From Nemertoderma westbladi (Eukaryota; Animalia; Xenacoelomorpha), in NCBI GenBank assembly GCA_032718475.1, contig JAUCBJ010001237.1, positions 50,496 to 114,495 of the forward strand: 64,000 bases of DNA, given 5' to 3'. A program made the translations under genes and the position numbers. Within the stretch, counting starts at the first letter, position 1. Each line of letters starts with the position of its first letter. Positions 12,930 through 23,900 of the stretch are shown piece after piece. The notes under the pieces were generated by a model. That model worked only from the letters and a program-made list of their open reading frames with translations. It ran no database searches and was not told the DNA's origin.

Positions 12930-13813
12930 GCCACCGTCTTTTTGTCATTACTGCATTAGGGAAGAAAACATCAATTAAAAGGTACCGGTACCAGTAACAC
13001 CAACAAACAAAGCCTACATGACTAAGCAAGCCTGCTCTGCAGCCTAGGTACGGTAATATTCTTTTATTTATTTACAACTGATTTATTTATTAACACAATT
13101 CAGCAATTATTACAGTATTATTAAGAAATAAAACAATAATTGACTGATTGAGGGAGACCACCATGACCTACTATAACACCATGACCGACTATGTTATAGT
13201 AGGTCATGAGACCACCAAAGGTAAAGACACTAACATGGTGGAATTCACAAAACAAAAATTTCAAATAAAATACCACAAGACAACTAGTTAAGACAATATA
13301 GGCCAGTATAGGGCCCATAGTAAAAACACGTTGTGGGGTCTTCGAGCAGCACGTGTTCAAATGTTCAATGACTGAGCAGCGACTAATTAACAAATTTATG
13401 AGAGATTCATTGACCAGCTACCGACAGACCAATATTGTGACATATATTTTAGTTTAATGTTTGATTCAATTAGAGGCACAAATTAAAAAGGCTACAAATA
13501 TATAGGGGTGAATAATTAAATTAGTCACCCATTTAGGCCTAAAAGGTAGCCAAATATAAGTTGCAATCTATATAAATTTTTAAATTCAGTAGTGTGGGTG
13601 TGTTGTGTATTGATTCCGTAGATTTCATGTTGAAATAGCGTTCATTAATTTAATTTCTATTTAATGATTCATGCATACTATTACACACATTAAATTAGTT
13701 CGCGTGTGTTAAGTGTGTAAGATTTGATTGTTTCGTCACGAACCCATTAGGGCACAGAAACTGACGGATTCTTCGCGAATTTCGCAAACGTCGCAAACTT
13801 CGGGAATTTGTTC

Positions 13814-14352
13814 TACAATTTTGACTCCTTAAGCAAAAGGGTCCCGAATGAGTTTTTTAACCTTTATTTTTTGTGATTTTGAGTGCTTTTTTTATACTAG
13901 TGAATATTACGCTGATGGCGAGCCATCAGCGAACTGATATAATTATACTATGGCCGTTTCTCAAAAGTCTGTGTGTGACGTGTGTGTGTGTGTGTGTGTG
14001 TCGGTAGCCATAAATGTCGGAAGCCATAATCGAAGTTAATATCTTCAGCTAAATTGTATGGTTGAATCGAATTATTTCGATTCTTCTATCGGTAATTAAT
14101 TATTTAGGGGGGTAACATTTATCCCATCTGGTATAAAATTAACATGGGTAGATTCGCCGTGTCCCATTCTATCAAAGTCTTTACTTTATACTCGAGATTA
14201 ATGTCAAGTTTTATAGTTATTATATATTTATAGTTATAGTATTTATAGTTTTATAGTTACAATTTTGACTCCTTAAGCAAAAGGGTCCCGAATGAGTTTT
14301 TTAACCTTTATTTTTTGTGATTTTGATTGCTTTTTTTATACTAGTGAATATT
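13814..14352 (+). repeat. 95-bp direct duplication (13814-13908 and 14258-14352) flanking a repeat insertion
   Basis: TACAATTTTGACTCC...GTGAATATT occurs twice with about one mismatch. Confidence 0.9.
13911..14222 (+). mobile_element. Helentron/DINE-1-like non-autonomous repeat fragment; inverted copies at 15964-16264 and 31567-31867
   Basis: Terminal palindrome GCTGATGGCGAGCCATCAGC, (GT)n tract, near-identical reverse-complement copies. Family assignment is inferred from architecture. Confidence 0.6.
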
Positions 14353-14651
14353 CTAGAACCTTAGTAGATTTTTAATGGTATATAGCTAGTATTTTTTACT
14401 AGCTAGTAATTTTTGGAAATTATTTTGGTCATTAATATATTCTTCAACAGTTTAACCTGAAATATCATGGACTTTCACATTTTTTATAATTTCAAAAAAT
14501 ACTAGCTAGCAAAAAATCACTAGCTATCATAAAAAACATATCTACTAATGTTGTAGAACTTTCACCAATACCAAAAAAATTAAAAAACTCTAAAAAAGGA
14601 TTGGTGAAAAATGGCTGGGGTGTCGACAGGGCGAAGTAGGGACCGTGTTGC
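14277..14651. mobile_element. TTAA-flanked MITE with degenerate long inverted repeats
   Basis: TTAA|GCAAAAGGGTCCC ... GGGACCGTGTTGC|TTAA; internal IR around 14350-14560. Confidence 0.6.
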
Positions 14652-14655
14652 TTAA

Positions 14656-14722
14656 CCCCTTAGAGCCTATGACGTCCACTGCACGTCACAATGGACAGCA
14701 CGAAGACGTGCAGTGGACGTCA
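14656..14722. mobile_element. piggyBac-like terminus
   Basis: TTAA|CCCCTTAG followed by inverted repeat ATGACGTCCACTGCACGTC / GACGTGCAGTGGACGTCAT; partner end not found. Confidence 0.5.
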
Positions 14723-14899
14723 TGCTGGAATACATGTTTTATTGGAAGGCTCTTGGAGTAGGTATACTGGTGGATAGTATTAATGACATTTATTGCTCTT
14801 CGTGGCAAAAAATCCATTCTGTACTGTAGATAGGCTGTATTGTAGACTGTATTATTAGTGTTAGGTATATGGCGTAATGCCAACCACAGTACAGTAGTT

Positions 14900-15440
14900 C
14901 AGACTGACAGAGAGACCGACAGACAGACAGACTAGATTTATGTAAACGTGTAAACTGACATCAGAAATGAAATCAGCAACCCTTAAACCCCCATAGCGAG
15001 AATGTTGGTTAGTTAGTATACTTTCTTACGTTTTCACAGACTGACTGACAGAAAGACCGACAGCCAGACAGACTAGATTTTTTTTAAACGTGAAAACTGA
15101 CATCTGAAATAAACTTAGCACCCATTAAAACCCCCATAACAAGAATGTTAGTTAGTTTGTATTCTTTTTTAAGTTTTGACAGACTGACTGACTGACAGAA
15201 AGACCGACAAACAGACAGTCTAGATTTATATAAACCTGAAAACTGACATCAGAAATGAAATCAGCACCCCTTAAAACCCCCATAGCGAGAATGTTAGTTA
15301 ATTTGAATTCTCTTTTATGTTTTGACAGACTGACTGACAGAATGACCGACAGACAGACAGACTAGATTTATGTAAACGTGAAAACTGACATCAGAAATGT
15401 AATCAGCACTCCTTAAAACCCCCATAGTGAGAATGTTAGC
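14900..15440. repeat. About four tandem ~143-bp units with (GACA/GACT)n tracts; partial copy at 30687-31037
   Basis: CTAGATTT anchors at about 14932, 15073, 15220 and 15362. Confidence 0.85.
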
Positions 15441-17674
15441 GACAAGTTTTAATTATTAACCATATTTCGTAAGATATATTTTAAAACATTTATTTATTAA
15501 TAATGCAATAACTGAATAACCAGATAACGGAACGACAAACCGAATTGAAACTTTTAATTACTAATAATAATTGTGGTGAGAGGTGATGGAAATCAAGGAT
15601 ATATGTTGTTATGTTATGGAGCACGCGTTGGTAGGCACAGACAGGCAATGAATTGATGTCTGTTGAGATGTATTGAAGGAGCACTATTCCTTCATTAGTA
15701 ATAATATTAATGTCATTGAATAACTGATACCTAAACACACACACACCCCCCCGTCAGCCAGTTCTATGGAGAGTGAGTGAATGTTTAGGGAATTAATGCT
15801 ATCCTACCATCCCCAACCAGCAGCAGTCTGCCTCTAACAGGCCAGGACATTCTCAGCGTTGCTAAGACACGGGAAGGAATTACTCCGTATTGACTGTCAT
15901 TAGGCGGTTAGAGCCTGCGTGTGAATTAATTGATAAAAATGCAATTTTAATTGTAAATCAATAAATAACTATAAAACTTGACATTAATCTCGAGTATAAA
16001 GTAAAGACTTTGATAGAATGGGACACGGCGAATCTACCCATGTTAATTTTATACCAGATGGGATAAATGTTACCCCCCTAAATAATTAATTACCGATAGA
16101 AGAATCGAAATAATTCGATTCAACCCTACAATTTAGCTGAAGATATTAACTTCGATTATGGCTTCCGACATTTATGGCTACCGACACACACACACACACG
16201 TCACACACAGACTTTTGAGAAACGGCCATAGTATAATTATATCAGTTCGCTGATGGCTCGCCATACGTGTCTCGCCCCACATGCAATTATAATTCAAGAA
16301 TAAAAATAATTAATTAAACATTTTAGGTTTTTACGATAGTTTTTACATTAAATACGATACAAATTAATTCACAATACGCTTTTTATATTAAAAAAATAAT
16401 AAAAATAATCGATGATTAAAAAAGAACGGTTAAAATTAAAGTACAGATTTATAATAAACCCCTTTTTTAGGTGACCTGATGCCGATGCTGTTTGCGCTTT
16501 TGAAGACCTTTGACAGTTTAACCTGCCAAAATTAGAATGTCTTTTAGATGATATATATTCTTTAGCTTTATGACGAGTATTTGATACACTACATTAGCCG
16601 AAGCCAGTCTATGCGCAATCATTCACCCGTTGGATATACCCGGGAGACTGAGTTCGGAGCTTAATGATTGATGGTGTAAGCCTACTGTATTATTCGACTG
16701 ATCGTAATATATAATCTCTGACAAATATTATTCACTTTCGGGAAATATTAACAGTTCCTTTAGGACGTGGCGCTCTAAATATGTAAACAGAGTTATGACT
16801 TAAACTAGTCACAACGAAAAGGCTATAGATTAACGTATATGGCGCATTCTTTAGGAGATGCTTTGTTATCGGTTGCAATCATACACAATGCTGCACAATA
16901 CTGCACACTAATCTGCCGACCTTCACTAAATTTAGTCACGTATAAAGAGAGCAACAGACAATTTATGTTGGGCATATGAAATAGCATTAGATTCACTTCA
17001 AACCACTCAACACAGGTCGCAATCGTTTATCTGTAACCGGTCTCTCTAACCTTTAGTATATCAAGAAGGTGGGGTGTCTGATTATTGATCAGTATTCCGA
17101 TATAATAATTCATCAACAAATATAATGAACAACAGACAGCAAAAGCAGTAATATTAATGTATGAATTGCATATAATTCGTTTGGTTAGATTGTATGTAGT
17201 AAATAGGTTGATTTGTATGATAACAGATATACGTTCTATAATTAAGCCTACTAATGTAAAGCTAAAGAACGCTGATACACGGAGGTGCTAAAAGCCGATG
17301 TTCTTAGGCTCTGAGCAAAAACATAACACTGAATTACTGAGTTCTGTATACACCTCCAATACAGAGACAAAAAACGCTCTGATTGGTCAACCGAACAACG
17401 GGAGAACAAAGAAACAAAGAAACGTCGACGTGGCAATATCAGCTGTTAGCCGTCGTCATGGTAGCGACACTGTTTTCAAGAGTATCCAGCTTATCGCGTC
17501 ACGAGATTGCAGATTATGTCCTCTAAAGTACAAATACAGTACAAATACAGAAGAAATGACTTTTATGTCCTCTAAAACACCAGTACAGCAAGGACACGGC
17601 CTTTTTATGCCTGGCAAACCAACTACAAAGTACTTTAAGGGAAAATAACCGGTTAATGACGCAAAAGCTTTTAC
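15090..17674 (+). repeat. Copy 1 of a 2.6-kb near-identical direct duplication
   Basis: Matches 30687-33277; ORFs 15490/31087 and 17298/32901 have identical translations. Confidence 0.97.
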
Positions 17675-17753
17675 ACCGCTCCCAGAAAATGGGATTTTCA
17701 GTCTATAAAATATAAAAATCACAGTTTCTAAAACATAAAGATACTCTAAACAG

Positions 17754-19252
17754 TTAGTTTTTCTTGCGCGGACGGCGTTCACGCAGTTTCCCGAGGCCAG
17801 CAAGAGTCCTTTTCTCTTTGGGGCTAGCCACTTTACTAGAAAGGCTATAACTCCTGGGTAAAGGGTGCAATACAATTGCATTAGAAGGTTTGGGTTTACG
17901 GTCGGTGTCTCGTCCATTTCGATATGCTTCTCCTCGAGCTGATTTTCCTCCGCTTGTCATGGGATACATTCGTCCAAAACTCTCGCAGAGAATAGGGTTT
18001 TCTAAGCTTGATATCTTCTTAGAGATTCGAGATTTCCCAATCGAACTGAGATAAGGCCAATTCGTTTATCGATTGGACTTACTGTTATAACTTACGTTTA
18101 TCTGAACAAACGCAGGTTTCTTTTTTGATCTTTATAGAATAGCGTTTAACTCGTTTCGTACAACGCTCTCCTTCACCTTGATGAAGGGTTGTATCGCGTT
18201 AAACGGGGACGACCATACGGTTGGATAGTGATATTAGGTGTCCGCGTCACAATCCGGCTAGGTAAGATGGGCGGCTAGCTAGAAATCACTGTCGGAGTGT
18301 TACCGATTAATTGTTAGGGTAGCACTAGATCTTTGAACAGTGAATACAGTCCGCGAGGATCCGCGACACCACCAGGATCGCAGGTCTGAGGTCCAACTAA
18401 GGAATGAGGAGGTTTGACCGAGTATTCCGGGACTCTGATCGTAGGTTTACTCCAGGATCGTTCGAGCCGAGTGAGCATAGGTGATACGTCAAACAAGTTT
18501 CGCTCGAAACTCCAGTAAATATAACGAGCACAACTGTGTTTAACACAACGTTTCCGTGGATGTTTATGTCTTTCCGTTTATTGGCTGGGTCTAGGGCATT
18601 TATCGTAATAATACCAAAGACGCACGTCTTGAAGGGGAAACGCGGGTGATCGCTCTCCAGTTTTACAATATTCCTCCATCTGTTCGAAGCTATCTGGAAC
18701 GACAGGTAGCGGTCGATCGGCGGTAAGATACATCATCGTAAAATAGAGCCGTTTGAGTTCCATCATAGGGTCTGGATGTATACCTTGAGGATATCGAGTT
18801 TCGAGGTTTTGTTGACTGGCAATATTGAGATAGGTCTCTCTTAGGAATTCTAGATAATCGTTGAAGTCGCGACGTTTATCAGGTTCTTCAACGTCTTCCC
18901 TCTCGAGTCTGTTTCGAATAGAGTTCTCGTGTTCTATTCTCGATTTATCGTTTCGACTCCGCTGGGTATGATATTTAAATAAAACCATTTCCCTTTCGGT
19001 GTCTATATCATCGGTGTCGTGTAAATCAATAGGATGACCAGTAGTCAAGAAGTCCATATACGTACCATTACGATGCGTATAGCGAGTGGTGAATTTTCCG
19101 TAGTCCAATTCACGCGTAAGTTACTTCCAGGAAATCGTAGGTTCGATATAACGACAATCATCCTCCGTAGTAGTTGGACTAGTATCACCGCGTATCAAGC
19201 TATCAACAAACGCTTGAAAGTAGAGTATATCGCTCCCTGATACCAAGACCAT
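17754..19252 (-). pseudogene. Decayed ~500-codon ORF of unknown function downstream of pol
   Basis: ATG at 19252 is in frame with ORFs 18578-19108 and 18314-18496 across single TAA stops; further stops and an apparent frameshift near 18123 lead into ORF 17754-17969. Confidence 0.55.
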
Positions 19253-20915
19253 CTTCTATCAACTCCGTCATATCTGCTATATATGAGTTTATTAATATTA
19301 TAATGAGTTTATATTTAGGCTAGCGAGCGTCGCTGCCTACCCCAATCAGCCCCCGGACAGTGCGAGATCCTCAGCGCCGATGTGTCGTCGCCGCTGTACT
19401 TTCGCCAACGACGTAGCCGCACAACGACAACGACAACCGGCACAAGTCACTCGACTGTCCGTCCCAAAGGCTTAGATACACCTCAGGTTCTTACTGGAGA
19501 GTTAGGGTTACTTTCACAATTGCGACTCGCTACTGTAAACACACCTTAGTAGTAACATTCGCCTATAAACTCACAAATACCACACACACAACTTGTCACA
19601 AATTACACACTCGGGTCACTTGTCCGTTAGTCAGTGCCTTCCAGAATGTCACGTTATTATCATGTATCCTTGGATACTAGCAGTGCGCTATTTATTCCCT
19701 ATGCTATTCAATGGGGCATGCTTTCTATTGTTCTTTTAACTCACTTCTAATTCTAGCGTGGTAGTTGCCATGGTGACATTATGGAAAGCTAGCGGTAGAA
19801 TTAGGGTAATTCTCATGCATACAGATCTGGGATGCTATTTAATAGTAATTCTTTAATGGTCAATATCCCCTTTATACATGATTCTATGAATTTTATCGGC
19901 TATTGACTATACATTAGAGATTCTCGCACACAAATACACTTAATAGAGTGAATCTCCGCTCCCATGATCTATTAATTAATGGAATTTTGGGAATGTTATA
20001 AATTGTATAAAATGACAATTTATTAAATTCATTGAAATATATGAATTTAAATTTATTCCCGTAAATTTTATTATTTGATGGTTAAATTGACACAATTTGA
20101 TTCCAGAACAGGTCTGGGGACATAGGATCCTTAATTCTAGGAATTTTGTCCTTTTAAGAGTATCGGTAAGTACTACGATATCTTAATCGACTAGAATTTT
20201 AAAGGATCTGATATTTGACAGATTTTATAAATATTAATAATTAATATTTAGGATGGGCACCAGTTTATTCCAGAACTTGTCTGGGGACGTTAACCACTGA
20301 TTCTAGAATTTTATCTTTCAAGTATATCGGTGGGTGCCGCGATATCTTAATCGACTAGAATTACAGATGGTCAAAGGGTTTAACAGATTTATTTTGCGTT
20401 ATACGCTACTGTTAAAGGGACATCACGCTACTATATGTATTATTTAATATACGGTATGAGAGCAATATCGCACGAAGCAATGTCAGTGTGAAGAGGCAAG
20501 TCGTTTCCAAGGTCTACCCAGAGCTTGGTTTAGCCGAGACACGAGGATCTGAACTTTGCATTCCTAATACTCTGCCTACCAATAATACTTGAATATAGTA
20601 GTGGCTTTATTGTACTTTAATAAGTACGAAGATTTCATCTTACTGTAGTCACGTATTGATAATGTAATACGGGCAGTAAGGAAAGAGAAAAAGAATTATT
20701 TCTCGCCGTCGCACTAAATATATAATATACGTAATTAAATAATAAACGCGAATATATATTGCACTAATCTACTAAATAATCTCTAAAATACCATACTACT
20801 AAATAAAATTAAATAAAACGATTAAAATAAATTACATAATAATACATACATAAATATAAAAATAAAACAAATACAAATATAAAGTAATATGGTCACACAC
20901 CCACTCCAGCCGTTG

Positions 20916-23900
20916 TTAAGTTGGGGAGTCCCTAGATGTTTGTTGGATTAGGGAGGTGGTCGTGGGAAGAGTATCTTGTCTCCCATAGTTTCCGGAGAGT
21001 TCTCTGTCTCTTTCCAGTAAACATAAACGACCCACCGGGCGATTGAGCTGCTGCGTCTCGAAGACAATTCCTGGTTTCTTGAAGTTACGTCGCATGACGA
21101 CGAGTTCTACCGATCGCACCAAACCGTCCTCCGAGATATGCGTCTCGATTATACGACCTGTCTGCCACCGCTTACGGGGAAGATCCACATCCACAATAAG
21201 CACCATGTCTCCAGCGCTGACGTTTTCTTGCTGCGCAAACCACTTAGTTCGAAGTTGTAGCGTGGGCAGATAATGTTTTTCGAAATGGTCAGCGAAACGA
21301 CGGGATAACAACTGCATGAGTTGCCAAGTTTGTCGGCAGTATTCGTCTCCGTCTGTGATTTCCGATTGGGGGAGCATGGCTACAGGTTTCTTCAGTAGGA
21401 AGTGCGCGGGTGTTAGCGCTTCCAGGGAATCAGGACTCGATGAGACTGGCATAAGCGGTCTCTCGTTGAGATAGGCGGCGATTTCTTCCATTAACGTCCA
21501 CAAAAGTTCGTCGGTGAGATAAGCGCGGCAAGGCACTATAAAATGAAATGCTGTCTTCACGCTTCTTATTAATCTCTCCCAACTTCCTCCCCACCAAGGG
21601 GCGTCGGCGGCGTTGAAGGTCCAACTAGACGCTGTTACTCGTAGTTGGTCATCCACCTGTCTTTGGTTCCAATCTTTGACGTAAGCTTTGATTTCATTGT
21701 TGGCGCCAATGAAGTTTGTTCCTTTATCGGATCTCATCGTGTTACTAGTGCCAAAGCGAGCGATCTGTCGTCGTAAGCTTAATAGAAAGCTGTTGGTGGA
21801 TAAATCGTTCACCATATCGAGATGGATGGCTCTACAAGTCATACAAACAAAGATTACACACCATCTCTTGACTATAGTCCTAGCACGATATACTTCAATA
21901 GGGCCAAATAAATCCACACCGGTATTAGTAAAGGGTGGTTCATAAAAGCTTACTCGTTCCCTAGGTAATTCTGCCTCTCTCTGTGTTAAAGGCCTACTGA
22001 ATGCTTTCCTACAGGGTATACAGTTCCGAAGAACTTGGTTCAGAGCTCTACGGGGTTTATAAAAATAATAGCGAGTTCGAATTTCGCTAAGAACTCGTTC
22101 TCTACCAGCATGATAAAGTTTGCTGTGAACATCTACAATCATCTTGACTTGTATTTCAAGATTTCTAATGAGTATGGGGAACTTAGTATCAAAGGATAAT
22201 GGTGCATTCGTTAACCTTCCTCCAACACGTATCAACCCATCTATCATTGTGCTAGAGAAACGATCCCTTAAGCGCATCTGTGGATTTCTCAACAACAGGA
22301 AATACTTATCGGAATCTTCATAGCATTGTAAGAGTCTCAGTATCTGTTTGTTGGTTTCTTCATGCTCCTGATAACTGATCTTCTCCTTCAGAAACTTGTC
22401 GGGTACCTTATATTTTGGGAGGTCTTTAATAACATGGACCTGAACTGATGTAATTGGAGCGGTATCACCCTTTGTTTTCATCCTAGAGTAGTGATGGTGA
22501 AAACATCTCTTTAAATATGTAACGGCCTTACAGAGCCGATTCCTAGAACTGTTGTGATGTATCGCTCTCTGCAGAAGAGGTGAGAGTCCTTGCGAGATGT
22601 CAGGTATACCAGATTTCCAATCCTTATCACGGATTTCCACAACGAGTTTATTTGTGGCTGTGGGTTTCTGATCCAAAGCTTCGTCTCCGGAAGTATGTAG
22701 TACAGACAGATCTACTGTGGGTTTGAATAACTTCGATTTACTCGCCTGAGTTTTAGTTTTGACTTTCTCCGCTCCCTTGGCCTGTCTAATTTCTGCTGTA
22801 GTAAGATGAAGAGGCCATTCTTCTTCTTCTTTGTAGAGGAAGTCGGGTCCACCTAACCAGTCTGGAGTATCTACCAGTTCTTGTGGAGTTGCTCCCCGGG
22901 AAGCGATGTCCGCTGGATTAATCGTTCCGGGGCAATGTCTCCATTGATCCATCGTCGTGCGACTGAGTATAATAGCTACTCTGTTGGTAACGAAGACGCT
23001 GAACTGACAGACTTCATTGGTTATATACTCCAGCACGAGTAAAGCGTCGGTCCAATAGACAGTTTTCTCCAGGGGATAGTCGATCTGTTCTGTTACATTC
23101 CGGCCGATGGCTGTAGCGTATAGAGCCGCTTTTAACTCCGCTCGAGGAACTTTCAACTTGTTGTTTATTAATGCCTTAGAGGTAACCAAGGCGACTTTAA
23201 TTCCGTCCGGAGTTTCCACCCTTAGGTAGGCTACTATACCGATTCCCATATCGCTGGCGTCTCCAAACACATGGAGTTGATATGAATACGTAGGGAGAAC
23301 ATGACCAAAATATGAACGGGAAATTATGAAGTTTTCGATGGCTGGTAGAGAATCTTCCCATTTCATCCATTTCTTTAATAATTCTCCCTTAAGTGGATCG
23401 TCCCATGAGTGGTTTTCAAGCCACATTTGTTGTACTAAACTCCGAGCAATCAATATAACTGGGCTAATAAATCCCAATGGATCGAAATAAGTGCTCAGGA
23501 TACTTAAACAAATCCGTTTAGTCCGAACTGGATTATCTCGCTGTTTTAATTGGAAAAACAGGACGTCTCTTTCTGTATCCCATTTCAAACCAAGGGTCTT
23601 AGTCTCTGGGAGATCATCTTTTATTAGATCTAGGTCTTTTGTTCCTCGATCTTCTACCGGGATCGACTCCAGAAACTCACGGGAGTTGCTGGTGAATTTA
23701 GTTAATCGAAATCCACCTTTCTTTAAGCATTCTACCGTTCCTTTAGCGACCTCAATGGCTTCTTCGACTGATGGAAGGGACTTCAGATTATCATCCATGT
23801 AGATGTCTCGTTTGATATTGTCGATCACTTCTTTAGAGAAGGCGTCTCGGTTGTCATCCGCAGTAGTACGCACCACGGAACAGGCGTTTGAAGGGCTCGA

